A stretch of DNA of 64,000 bases from Eledone cirrhosa (taxonomy: Eukaryota), in the NCBI GenBank assembly GCA_964016885.1, contig OZ024741.1, positions 187,612,001-187,676,000 on the forward strand. Reading direction: 5' to 3'. Shown here in pieces: positions 14,650 through 29,205 of the stretch. The notes beneath the pieces were generated by a model. It saw only the letters and a program-made list of their open reading frames with translations. It was not told the DNA's origin and made no database searches. Position 1 is the first letter of the stretch. The number at the start of each line of letters is the position of its first letter. Both the position numbers and the translations under genes were made by a program.

Positions 14650-15030
14650 TATGGTTTTGGAAGAATTGGGTAAAATTGTAAAGGATTATCATGAGATTGG
14701 ACTATAACTGCAATGTCAAATCTGTCCTAATGTATGACTCAGAATGCTAATGAGTGGTAAAAAGAAACATGAATAAGACCAATGCTTTCCACAATAGGTG
14801 CCTGGGGAAACTCTGCTGAATCTTCTGACCTAACAAAGAATCAAATGAAGAGCTGTACCACAAAACTGGTTGCAGCAATATGGTCCTTGAAATAAGACAC
14901 CAGCAGCTCAAGTGGCTAGGCCATACTCTCAGAATGGACCAAGACAGAATACCAAAGGTAGATTAAAATGGGCACTTTGTGGAAAGCAAAAGCCTGTGTG
15001 ACCAAAGAAGACCTTAGCCTAAAACAATTG
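14650..15030 (+). mobile_element. Degraded RTE LINE 3' portion
   Basis: AFHNRCLGKL...SNEELY...IRHQQLKWLGHTLRMDQDRIPK remnant. Confidence 0.7.
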
Positions 15031-15735
15031 AGAGTAAGCTGAGAGAAATACATTCTAGTTAGGAATGTAAGCCTCATTTCCCAAACAGGAAGAAGAGTAT
15101 TAATAATTATTTCTAATTTAGGCATAAGGCCAGCAATTTAGGGAGAAGGGGAAGTCAATTACATCAACTCCTGTACATAACTGGTACTTTATTTTATTGA
15201 CCCCATAAGGATGAAAAGACAAAGTTGGCCTTGGTGGGATTTGAACTCAGAATATAGGGATTTGTAACTAAATACCACAAAACATTTTGTTCAATGCTCT
15301 ACTGATATTACTAATCCACTGCCCTAGAACAGTATAATCCCTTTAGCATTTAAACAATCCATATCTAGTCAGAATATTCTCACCTCTTTCTATTCAAACC
15401 GACTGTAACTGGCCGCTCATAGGTATTGTTCTCAAAATAAATAATATCAAAATTTCATAGATTTGATATTATGTGAGGTAAAGCATTTACTGTGAAAATA
15501 CAATAGTAAATATCATATAGAGTAATGTAAATGCTAAAGGGTTAATAATAATGATACTAATCCTCAAAATAGATGTCTTTTTAGTTTCCTTTATTTATCT
15601 ACTTTCTATGCAGGTTCACATTGGAGAAACCTTTAATTCATGTGAGCCATTCTTGGGCTTCTTATTGAAAGGCAGCATTGAACTTATAAACTAATGACTA
15701 TTAAAAAGAGTCTGAAACATTTGGTTTTTAGTAGG

Positions 15736-16881
15736 TTTATTTCGCATTTTAATCAAATTTATAATAAAAAAAAAAATGAAGAAAAAATAATATAATGTCT
15801 AAATAAATATCACACAATTTTCCAAAAGGAAGATAGGAATAACAAAATTTCTTGAAACTCTTTAATGTTTTGTTTTTTTGGTTTGTTTTTAGGTTTTGTG
15901 TTTTTTTTGGTTTATTTTTGTCGTGTTTTTTTTCCAGAAAACAATTTTGTTTTGTTCATGAAAATATCTCATTCAATTATGTATGAATGCATTTACAATC
16001 CACTCCATTTTTCTAAGGCAAGATGGTGAACATTAGTGATTGAGTACTGGAGTAGATTATATTAGATAACTCATAGAGATGTTCTCAATTCAAAAGTGCT
16101 GTTATGGTTGAAGAATTAGAACACTAGTAAGTTATAGTATGTGTAGGGGTCAATGGTCCAAATGTTGACCTCACCCTTGCCATGTCCAATTTGTAGAGTT
16201 GATCATCTGCTAAAACACTTGATTGATTAGCTTTGTGCAACAGGAATGCTTTAATAGAGCTGGCTGGCATTGCCAAAAATAGCAGTACTGATAACTACTA
16301 TGTTTCTTTAAACTCCACCAGAACAGAATCACAACTGAAGTTATGGAATCAATTTAAACAAGGACTGCTTTTCTCAGCCTTTAGAAGTTTTCCTGTTTCC
16401 AAAGGACGGAATTATACCATGCCATACATGGTGCTGCTGTCATCTAAATAGAGACTGGCACCTCTGCCATTCTGCATGGGGCATGTAGCAAAAGCTTTCT
16501 TTGTCTTGAGCCACCTTTAGAAAGTCAAAGAACTCGACTGACACACGCAGCTGGAGACTGACACAGAGAATCCTTTGGCAATTCCACGCTACATACGATT
16601 GTGGGTTTTAGCCATGGGTTCTTCAATTCTTGAACACTTCTGCGGCGTTTTTACCAAAGTAAAACTTATTTTCAGAAACACAGCCAAATGTTAGTATTCA
16701 AACTATTTTTGAAAGACTTCAGGTCATTTGGTATTTCCGTATTCTTCACCAATATTATATCTATGATACAAGTTTTAACTTTGGTTTCTCTCCTTCTTTA
16801 AATCCCTTTAATTTCCAATTCATTTTATATTTAGAAAAAAGGTGCCACAGGCTGTCAATGAATCAGGTAAATTAGACAGCA
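15736..16881 (-). other. Candidate 3' UTR of the BH3-only gene (if the exon is terminal)
   Basis: About 1.1 kb of unique, transposon-free sequence right after the read-through stop, with minus-strand AATAAA at 15911-15916 and 15736-15741. Unusual in a window otherwise saturated with repeats. Confidence 0.35.
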
Positions 16882-16989
16882 TTAATTGTTATTTCCAATT
16901 GCCAAAATCAGAGTAACAGTGGCCGAAAGTCTGCAGATGAGACTGAAATTGACCAAGTCTGCAGAGACATGCATATTCCATCTACTTAC

Positions 16990-17201
16990 TTGGTGGTGTG
17001 AGTGGTTGCGATTCTGGTAATACTCATCACTAATTCTTCGCAGTTCCTGACCAATTGCACGGATGTGTTCGTTCCGACGAAGAGGCACTTCAGGTAATGA
17101 GTGTGCCCTGTCCCGTGGTACTGGCACCAGATCTGGCAGTGGGTCTTGGCGTGGTGAGATGCTAGAATCTTCACCTTCAGAGTATAGCCGGCGTGCTACA
17201 C
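16990..17201 (-). CDS. Coding exon of a BH3-only (BAD-like) pro-apoptotic protein; partial gene
   Basis: Acceptor ttttgtgtttctctaacAG|GT at 17201 (phase 1) and donor CAA|GTAAGT at 16990 (phase 0). The 70 complete codons read (G)VARRLYSEG...RDRAHSLPEVPLRRNEHIRAIGQELRRISDEYYQNRNHSHHQ. BH3 LxxxxD motif is close to BAD YGRELRRMSDEF and BIM IAQELRRIGDEF, with an RxRxxSxP site 23 aa upstream as in BAD. Reading through the donor gives a hydrophobic tail ending at a stop at 16882. Confidence 0.8.
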
Positions 17202-17319
17202 CTGTTAGAGAAACACAAAAAGAAAAACAATTAAAGAAAAACAATAAACTGTATTTATTTTACAAAACAACAACAAATCAATTTTTAATAAAAACATTGT
17301 ATATACCAATTTCTAATAA

Positions 17320-17779
17320 CAAAAACATTGTATATATCTCACTCATAAATAATCTCATGGTCACTTATACATTGTATATATCTCACTGTATATATCTTTG
17401 TATATATATCCAACAGACCAGTGTCTGTCCTTAGGGCATCAACATTCTGTTGGAGACGCAGGACATGGCAGCGATAATGAGGGACAAAGACCGCTGGAGA
17501 GAACTCGTCCATGGATCTCGGGAATTTTACCCGCCTTAGAAATAGATATATACATTATATACATTGTATATATCTCACTGTATATAATATACATTGTATA
17601 TATTTCACTGTATATATCTTTGTATATATATACATTATATATACGTTGTATATATCTTTGTATATATATACATTGTATATATCGCACTGTATATATCTTT
17701 GTATATATATACATTGAATATATCTCACTGTTTATATCTTTATATATATACATTGTATATATCTCACTGTATATATCTT

Positions 17780-17826
<47 letters not shown>

Positions 17827-18115
17827 TGTATATATCTCACTGTATATAATATACATTGTATATATTTCACTGTATATATCTTTGTATATATATACATTAT
17901 ATATATACTGTATATATTTTTATATATATACGTTGTATATATCTCACTGTATATATCTTTGTATATATATACATTGTATATATTGCACTGTATATATCTT
18001 TGTATATATATACATTGAATATATCTCACTGTTTATATCTTTATATATATACATTGTATATATCTCACTGTATATATATCTTTGTATATATACATTGTAT
18101 ATATCTCACTCATAC
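17320..18115. repeat. TA-rich composite minisatellite (ACATTGTATATATCTCACTGTATATATCTTTGTATAT)
   Basis: About 20 variable units, with a higher-order repeat of about 240-280 bp. Confidence 0.9.
17410..17540 (+). mobile_element. RTE 3'-end fragment inserted into a TA-rich minisatellite
   Basis: Translates as DMAAIMRDKDRWRELV (RTE C-terminal DRxxWR-type motif) and interrupts the 17320-18115 array. Confidence 0.5.
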
Positions 18116-18754
18116 ATAATCTCACTCATGGTAACATATACCTTAACTCTTTTATTACAATATTTATAATGAAATACACTGTATTGGAATTAATTAATGA
18201 AGAATTTGGAAATATTTACTAAAATAATTAATATTTGTAATAACAACAGATTCCTATGTCAAATTGAGTAGTTTTCTTTCATACAACCAGAATCATTTTT
18301 TAAGGTAGGTTGGTATCAAAAGAGTTAAAAGAATAGTAAGGACTCTTTAGTGCTCATTGTACAAGAGTACTTCTCTAGTGTGGGGGCATGCTAAAATCCA
18401 TCTAGTACAAGGGTCAACAACCAAATGATAAATAACAACATACGATACAGAGGGTCCTTTAACCATGCTAAAGATTTGATAACCTCTCTAGTGCTGGTGC
18501 ATGATAAACACACTTAACTATAGAAACCATACCAAACATGAATCAGATTTATATACATATATATGTGAGGTTGGTGTTAGGAAGGGCATCCAGCTGTAGA
18601 AATCAAGCCAGAATCAGTTCCCGTCCCACCCTTGCAAGCAGGGAAAAAGCGGACGTAAAATGAAATGAAATGATGAAATGAAAATATATAGTTGTAGGGT
18701 TGTTAATAAATGTGATATGATGCAACACAGAATCCTTGTTCTTTATAATGATAA

Positions 18755-18795
<41 letters not shown>

Positions 18796-18964
18796 GGTGT
18801 GTGTGTTTTTCTGTGTGTGCGTGTGTGAATATATATTATACATTCCATTTGTATATGTATATGTACACACATAAACATGCACACACATACAGGTATACTT
18901 TATATCTGTACAACATATAGGGAATGTCATTAAGTATTTATACTGTCTCTCTCTCTCTCTCTCC

Positions 18965-19006
<42 letters not shown>

Positions 19007-19477
19007 GCTTACAAATTAGTAACCTAGTTTAAAAAATCACCATTAAGATACCTATCATCAACAGCATTATTATCACTGTTAATTTTAAAATAGACCTCAC
19101 CATCACCACTGCCACCAGTATATGAAAGAAGAAAATACTGACTGACTGAGGTACAAAAAAAACGAGAGTTTAAAATGTAAGAGTGCGAAAAAGACAGATA
19201 GATTGACAGAGAAATAAATACACATGCACTCTGACGGTGAGACAAGCAGACAGAAAGGAATGAGAGGGAATAATAGTCAGTGGTTATTAGTAATGGAGAG
19301 GTAGAGATTGGAAAGGGTAGAGTGAAAGGTGCGAGAGAGAGAGAGAGAGAAAGACGGAGGAGAGAGGGGGAACGATAGAGAAGTAAAATGAAAGGATAAT
19401 CAGAGATATGGTAAAAGAAAGGTAAAGAAAACGAGAAAGATATATACATACACACACACATGTACATATATATATAC

Positions 19478-19665
19478 GGTGGATTGGAAGTATCGGTAGA
19501 GAGTCGGACGCCATGCTTTCCAGCATAGTTACGTCCCTTTACGATCTGAGTTCAAATCCCGCAGAGGTTGACTTTGCTTTTCATCCTTACGGGGTCGATA
19601 AAATAAAGTACCAGTAATGCACTGGTTATTGCTGGCCTTGTGCCTAACGTAGAAACAATTATATA
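19478..19665 (+). mobile_element. tRNA-derived SINE with Nin/Deu-like domain (many other copies, e.g. 4135-4327, 15105-15325, 33100-33210, 33420-33602, 26810-27240, 49890-49970)
   Basis: B box GAGTTCAAATCC followed by GCTTTTCATCCTTACGGGGTCGATAAAATAAAGTACCAG (Nin-type core) and a GGCCTTGTGCC...AGAAACAATTAT tail. Confidence 0.7.
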
Positions 19666-19790
19666 TATATATATATAATTATTCAGAATAATAATTGTTT
19701 CTATTTTTGGCACAAGGCCAGCAATTATTTCAGTGTATAACTGGTTTATTCAGAATAATAATAAATAAAGACATTCACAAAATCAAAATA

Positions 19791-19856
19791 TGTTTTATTA
19801 TATATATTTCGAAGGTACCGTGCTGTTTTTTCAGTACGTCCTCGTCAGATAAAATA
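19791..19856 (-). ncRNA. Minimal type I hammerhead ribozyme
   Basis: TATTTTAT-CTGACGA-GGACGTACTG..CAGCACGGTACCTTC-GAAA-TATATA-TA|ATAAAACA. Same stem I as 34517; bulged stem II. Confidence 0.72.
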
Positions 19857-19959
19857 CATGGTTATATATATATATATATATATGCAAGGTGTAAATTTAT
19901 ATAGATACAGACACACACACATATACATATACATACATGTATATAAAGGGTAGGTGTAA

Positions 19960-20063
<104 letters not shown>

Positions 20064-20268
20064 CTAGCAGACGACATTGTATCACATAACTCAATGTAAA
20101 AGAGCAGCCGATATGTCGCGTGAGCCAAAATAAAGAGCAGACGACATATCGCGTGACTAACCAAGAAAACGCTTGTCTATCACTGCTGTTTATTGTGATA
20201 TATGCTATACATGCGGTGTCATAACAAGTATCACATCATGTTTATTATATACTTATCTACGATATTTG

Positions 20269-20325
<57 letters not shown>

Positions 20326-20691
20326 TATACACATACATATATATATATATATGTATATGTATGTGTGTGCATATATACAAAGCCGAGAGCGGGCCGGTGA
20401 GCTAGTTGACATGGACCAATGATTTTGAGGAACCCTGCTTCCCTTAAATTCTTTTTTCTTGCTACGTATATGTATATGTGCATGCCAGTAACCCATACTT
20501 ATATTATATTAATTTAACACTGGATGGCAGTTTGAAATGGAGGTCTACACGATATATCTGGACTGGGCCTATTACTAATGTTCTATGTTTCATATATGTT
20601 CCTATTACGAGCTTTGCACAGACCTCCGTCTATATGCAAGCATAAAATCAGTTTGTGAAACAGTCTGCACCCACATCCGTACAGCGACATG

Positions 20692-20722
<31 letters not shown>

Positions 20723-21525
20723 TTTCATATACGCACACAAAGGTAAAGTAGATAGCGTCGTTTATCAAACAATCAGAAATACATACACGTTTATCTGTGT
20801 GACACATTCACACAGATAAACACACACAAACACACGTTATATAGACAGATACACACAAAAGCACAGCCTCCGAAACAGACACACGCACACATTTATAATC
20901 ATACACACACACAAACACAAACACAAACACAAACACACGCACGCATACATACATGAATAAACTCATATATACGTAGATACTTTATAAATTGACATGCAGA
21001 AGCAGAAATATTCATCAGACCTGGACATACACAAATAAATACACATATGCACACACATGCCAATTCAGACATATACAATCACACGCATAAACAAACGTAC
21101 GTGTAAAGAAAGAGGGGGGGGGGGGGTGAGAGAGAAAGAGAGGTGTAAAAGAGAGAGAGGGAGAGAGAGAGAGATAGCAAGAGGTAGATATAATACGAGA
21201 GAGAGAGAGAGAGAGAGAGAGACTTTGGTCTCAGAAGATGCTTGGCGTGGATGAAGGGAGATAATACAGATAGCTTCTTTCTCACACACGCAAAGTACAG
21301 TCACATTAGGTAAATGGGTGCAAAGAATGTCAAGAGGTCAGCTACGTGGTGATTTCTGTTCGGTAACTGCAGCGGGGACTTCAGAGGTTTAAGGAAAGAA
21401 AAAGTTATATATATTTAAATACATTGCCTTTCCCTTCCTTTTCCATTATCATAACCACAAAAGACATTTGTGTTTTTCATTAAACTATTTGGTAATTAAA
21501 TTATATATATATATATATATATATA

Positions 21526-21640
21526 GGAACGAGTAGGACCCCGACGGCTGAGCTCAAGCCGTTTCGACGGCTAATTCCTAAGTATTGAGTACTTTTGGTA
21601 CGTTATGGTCCACCTGGTTCCTTACCACATTTCCTCCGTT
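21526..21640. mobile_element. Penelope-like fragment with hammerhead 3' half; rearranged relative at 3908-4059
   Basis: Minus strand GAAA-CGGCT-TGAGCTC-AGCCG-TC at 21543-21565. Its two modules occur in opposite relative orientation in the 3908-4059 copy. Both copies sit inside (TA)n. Confidence 0.55.
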
Positions 21641-21911
21641 ATATATATATATATATACACACACATACGTTTTAACAATAACGTTACTACGGCTTGATTT
21701 TCTCAACACACACACATATATATATAAATGTCCTTTACCATAGTACTGTATTTGCACAATGTGATAAACGTTTTGTAATAATTTAATGACGGTATAAACA
21801 TTTTTTTTTCACTGTATGAGGTTACTATTGTCCCTCAAATACATATTCCATTTACTTAAACAAATATTTTTTACGATATATTTTTTCTTCTTCCGCGGGA
21901 CACACACAGGT

Positions 21912-22008
<97 letters not shown>

Positions 22009-22182
22009 ATAAACTAGATATGCAGTATAACTACTAGACATATTAATATATATATATATATATTTATCTTACTGGTAATAGGATAGTAATTAATGACTAT
22101 CTCTCACTATTTAGGGTTTGTGTATATATAATATATTACCATCAAAGGTTTTATTGCATACATAACCATAAATAGTACCCTT

Positions 22183-22379
<197 letters not shown>

Positions 22380-22483
22380 GAGTGGGAGAGAGAGTTAGTT
22401 CCACAACAAATTAGCAAACCTGTGGAAGTAACTCTTACCGAACTCGTCCTTTGGACTGAGTGCTCCATCCCGGTTTTTTACCG

Positions 22484-22521
<38 letters not shown>

Positions 22522-24893
22522 GTAAAATATATATATATATATATATATCAATATTTCTAGTAGTTATACTGCATATCTAGTTTACCCTATTTGTTTTGCT
22601 ATTTATAACACGTCGAGCGAACATCATGACGCCTGCCTCGTTGATTCACGGTTTAATTGTGATGCTATAACAGCAGTTGCGATTATTATCTGTGAAGTCT
22701 GCACCGGTTGTTTAACCTTTTTTTTTTTTTTCGATTTTTGATGAATTACTCTGCCCAGAGTCAGTGGCGTGCAGGTGTGTGTGTGGGGGGGGGGGGGGGT
22801 ACGTTGGCCCCGGGCATCCTTTGGATGGAAGCATCATTTGGGGGAAAGAACTTAATAAATTTGATTGATTTTATATTAAAATCGAATAAAGCGTTTATTT
22901 CATGTTTCATCTGTGTTTATATATTCAAAAGGTTTTCCTTTCTGATAATATTTCTCAGTATATTAGGCCTTATACTTGAGTCTTTGGGGGCATACAATTA
23001 AGATTTTCCCCGGGTATCACCAGAGCTCTGCACTCTTCTGCTCATGGTTTCAAATAATTTTGAAGATATTCAAAAATTGAAAGGATTTATTAACTTTCTC
23101 GATATCAAGTTGGAACATAATTTAACACGGGTTACGGAAGGCTTTTAGATAAATATAAGCACTTTGAAACAAGCACCATTGTATTGTAGAACCTGGAGCG
23201 GTTTGGTATCAAGAGTGTTAATGTATTAAATATTTAATTATTACTGAAATCTATTAATTATTCATTTTCATTAGTAAATAAGCAGATGATTAACAGACTG
23301 GTTTCAAAAGACCCCACAAAGTCAGCTACTGGAGTTGATTCATCATCGTTTCTCAGTATGGAAAAATTAATACCGGGCTTCCTTCATTTCCTTCAGTTTT
23401 AAATTATTATAGCTCCTAGCAGTGAATAATAATAATTGTTTCTAATTTAAGCGCAAGAGCAGCAATTGGGGTGGGGAGGAAGTTGATTACATTGACCCAG
23501 TACTTGACCGGTGCTTTATTTTATGGACATCCGGAAGGATGAAAGACGAAATTGACCTTGAGAGGATTTAGAATCAAATACAAAGACCATAAATTGTGGG
23601 CTTGGTATGTCTGGGAGAGGGAGTTGATTACATTAATGTCAATATTTTATTGGCAACCCTTTTATCGACCTCGAAAGGATGAAAAATTTAGGCGGGATTT
23701 GAACTAAATACTGCAAAGTATTTAGCATATTGCTTGCATTGAGGAGGCTCATAGCTTACTATTTGAAATGAGCAGATATTGTCAGACGGGGAGATCTCCC
23801 ACCCACTTTGGGGTGGGTGAGGGAGATCTTCTCTTGTGAAAATAGGTATAGTTTTCATTATGCAAAATCTTCCCATTCTGCCTCATTTCTCTCCGTTTTG
23901 GGGCACTTTTTGTCATGATACTCCCCGTTTGGATTTTTAGAGGTTGGCAGGTCTGTATTGTTGCAGTAGTGATAGAAAAGATATACTGAAGATACAGCAA
24001 ATTTCTGATCCAGTGATTATAGTATGGTGGTTAGTGAGTTTTTTGCCTATTAAATCTGTGTAGGTAGCAACTGCAGTGACCCAGATTCGTTGATCTTCGT
24101 CTTTGTATAGGACTACAACTGAAGTACTTTCTGGTCTTCAAGAGGAAGACTAACCACTGTGATGTTTTAAGCTTTCCAACATCAGACCTACCAACCTCTA
24201 AAAACCCAAACAGGAGTACCATGAAAAAAGGTGCCCCAAAATGGGGAGAAATTAGGCAAAATGGGAAGATTTTAGATAATGAAAGCTATACACATTTTCA
24301 CAAGAGAAGACATCTTTCATCCACCCCAATAAGGGTGGAAGACGGGGTGAGTTGACAAGTCTTCAACATTCTAGAGGTCAGCAACCAATCAATGCTAGTG
24401 AATATTCTGGCAATGAAGAAAAATCATCCTAATCTTTATGTAACAGCAATGCTTCCAAGATATGAAAGCAGCGTTGTAATGTAGGTCATACAATGATAAA
24501 CTGTCGAACAATTGCTATTCTTTTTTATTTTTATAAATTAGTCAGGAGGAAAGGGTCAGTGTCTATGACCATAGCAGGTCATTTCCTCACAGATTGGTGA
24601 GATTAATGAGGTTCATATTCAGTTTGAACATATATTATAAAGTCTTGTGGTGTAAGCAAATTTGGTAAATCAGTCGCGGGTACAAACAGCTACCTCGCAA
24701 TTGGTTCTCTGATATCACTCACCGTGACTCATACTTTCATGATATTTGTTTGGGTTTTTTTTTACTATTTGCCGTGACAGCAGACATTTTTTTTTTTTTT
24801 TCACTTATGCCACCTGTCTGACAATGACCTTTGCTGTTTCTCCGTCTTAATTAAAATGAAGGCAGGCTTCGTTAGGGTGAAATCTCCTGTCTG

Positions 24894-24930
<37 letters not shown>

Positions 24931-24936
<6 letters not shown>

Positions 24937-25130
24937 TTATTAAAATAACAGATTAAAGTTTAAGCAAAGAATCGCTGCTTTCACCCTTAACGGGATCTTC
25001 TGAAGCGATTATTTGCATAAACTTTAATCTGTTATGTTAATAAATATTTGCTCTACGGTTCTTATATATTTGATATATATTTATCCTTATCGAGCCCTCT
25101 TTGGATTTTAGTCTTCAAATTTATTATTAT

Positions 25131-25134
<4 letters not shown>
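24931..25134. mobile_element. Fold-back repeat family (other copies 1546-1687 and 3699-3890)
   Basis: Shared AAAGTTTAAGCAAAGAATCGCTGCTTTCACCC and its reverse complement, with a different turn-around point in each copy; all next to microsatellites. Confidence 0.7.
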
Positions 25135-25205
<71 letters not shown>

Positions 25206-28166
25206 TTTTCCCGGGTTAAATCAGGGGTAACCACAGTAAGGTACTCCTCGATATATAGTATAGTATATACAATATTTAATATAGAAATGGCTTCGACATG
25301 ACGAACTGTTTCATTCGAGTGAAATCATCAGGAAAGCCCTGTGGCAGCCATTTCTATATTACATATATATATATTCTTATTTGCCTATTCCAGACTATAA
25401 AGACGATATTGCAAACGAGATAGTGTTTTAGTCGATTGACTTCTTATCTTTAGTTCTTCTGTTTGTTTTAGCCCTCACTGCAACGGCCATGCAGGATAAC
25501 CAAGTTTAGAGTTCAATATTTTATGTTGACTGAGTATGTCCAATATATTTGCTTGGCTTTCATTTGTTTTTGGTAGATCAACAAGTAAGTCGTGACCGCT
25601 CCGTTTGTTGGTTGTAGTGACCTCGCGTTTAGTATGTCTACCTCTTCAGTTCCAATTTGATTTTTTTAAGCGGGTTTCTTTTTAGCTTTTATTTGATCTG
25701 AAGCGGATGATAGGTAAATCTTCTTGAGAAGAAAATAACACTTTATCACAGGTAACATTCCTAAGGTTAACTGATAAATATTCCTCCCCCTGACAGATAG
25801 GTGGACTGAAGTGATAAATCTGGTCCTAGATAAGACACTACTCTATTACATCTAATATTCCCCAAATGATATGATATCTATATTGTACCTGTACTACTCC
25901 AGAGATACTGTGATGAGAAATATATTTCGTCCTGGATAAGACCGCTATGTAGATGAATAAGGTCTACTGCCTCCAGAGACAGAATTATGTCTAGAGCCTA
26001 GAGAACTGTGATAAGCTTTCAATGGATATGATGCCAGTCTATTCCTAAATGATCTTGTATGTATTCATCCAACACCTAAGTGTGCAGAAGTAATGTAGAG
26101 TACAGTACACCTTCCTAGAGGGATTAACGAGAGATGGATCCCCGTCTGGATAAAACGCCAGTTTATCAGTGATAAAATTATCCAGATGATCTGATACACA
26201 TTTCTACCGACAACAGATGGTGAACTTAGAATAAATGTAGAATAAATGCACTGGATATGTCACCAGGCTACCACACAAAACATTCCTCGTTATTCTTATT
26301 TCTATTCATCCATCTTATCTAGTTCTTAATTCAAATCAATTCATCTCCTTATTCACTCGTCAGAGGTAGTTCTGAGTTCAGATCCCTTTCTCTTGTTTTC
26401 TATCCACCCATCAGATGCTGGTGGATAGTTTTGCGTTCAGATTAATTCATTTGTTTCCCAATCACCCGCCATATATAGTCCTGTGTTCAACTCCGGCTTT
26501 TATTGACACTACCTTTCATCTTTGCTGCCAGATTTGGTAAAATAAATAGTACCAATCATACACTTAAGTTCGATTTCACTACAAACCCACTAAATGTGTG
26601 GTCTTGAGAAATTAATATTAGTAATTAGCAATGGAATGAAAGGGAACGATAGTCAACGGTGGCTGGATTCGATCTCAGACACCACAAAACATTTTGTCCA
26701 CCAACCCACCACAATTATGACTCTCGATCTATCAATTCTATCCACTCAAATACGATTTTGTCTGCCAATCTACCACTTTTGCTTTCCAGCAAATCTTACT
26801 AATTTTTAGCAGTGGCACAAGACCTCAACTACTAAGGTAAAGGTTGACTCGTTCACGTAAGTCCCCCCACACTCAACTGGTATTTCATTTTATTTACCTC
26901 AGAAGAGTAAATGGCAGTTGACCTCGGCGGGATGTGAACTCAGAAAGTAATTGGAAAAAACAGGTAAAATAAAGCATCTTATCCTGCTCTCTACTGATTG
27001 TGCTAATCTAGATAACTTTATTAATGTGATTTCTAACATAGATACAAATTTAAAAAATGGAGGTAGGGATTAGTTAATTATATCGACACAAGTACAAGAC
27101 TAGTGCCTTATTTTACCGACCCTGAAAGGATGAAAAGCAAGGTTGACAATGGCAGAATTTCAATTCAGAACACGAAGATCCAGTAAAACAAAAACTGCAA
27201 GACATTTGCCCCGTTCTATATCGATTATTCTAATCCACATAACATTGATAAAGATTTATTTCTTTTTTATGGATTTTAAAAATATAATTGAAAATCAGTA
27301 AAAACTCAGAAAACTATTAATATAATACTTGAAAATGTAATTTTTATTTTATTTCATTTCAAATATCATTTTCACACAATTCAAATGGCATTTCCTTTTC
27401 AGCAATTTTATTAAATTTTAATATATATTTTTTATATTTTATATTTTTCAATTTATTTTTCACATATTTTTAATTTCTGTATATATATTTTTTCTTGTTT
27501 TTTTTTTCCTTTTTTCTCCAGTATTTTATAAGATTGTTTTTATTTATTCGTTAGATTTCAAAAATTTGTCGACAGAATACACACACACCACATGCAGATT
27601 CACCCATACAAACATTCACACAGACACATAAAAATGGCGTCTTATGTATGAATCAAAGATAGATGACAATGTATTCCAGTCGTGACCACTGCATTATTTT
27701 TCATATCCCGAGGTCTACATTATCTAATATGTCCTTCCAATTTTTAAAGCGATATTGTGTGCTTCTAAGAGATATTCGACGGTTATTTTCTGAAAACAAA
27801 ATACGTTTACGACTGGAATAACCCTTATCATAGTTCTATTTAGACAAAGTCTGACCTGTGGCTAAACAGTCGCAACAAGAACACACACACAAAAGATGTA
27901 TTGTTAAGACGGCTATAAATAAATATTGTACATCTGGATTTTCTCTCCTAGGCTTACCCCCCTCTCTCTCTCTGTGTCTGTGTGTAAGACTCAAGTAGAT
28001 TTTTTATGCAAAAAGTAATGCACACATAGAGAAAGAAAGAGAGAAATGTATATATATGGAGAGATAGATAGATAGATAGATATAAATAAGTCTGTCTTAT
28101 GCATGCGCGCCCGCATAGAAGGCAGTTCTGCTATGGAAATACAGACAACTTTATCACAATATATAA

Positions 28167-28208
<42 letters not shown>

Positions 28209-28303
28209 CGCTTTGATAGTTCTTTACTTCGTAATACCACTTGCAAGGATATATGTGTGTATGCGCGGGTATTCAAGTCGTCCATGCATACACTGGATGG
28301 GAA

Positions 28304-29205
<902 letters not shown>

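Noticed and set aside
16500-16660. Downstream coding exon of the BH3 gene (KRRRSVQELKNPW...)
   Set aside because: In-frame stop immediately upstream and no acceptor site; more likely UTR or intron.
25282-25359. Intact hammerhead (minus strand CTGATGA-TTTCACTCGAAT-GAAACAGTTC)
   Set aside because: The core is present but stem II has only 3 bp and stem I cannot be paired; kept only as a possible decayed copy.
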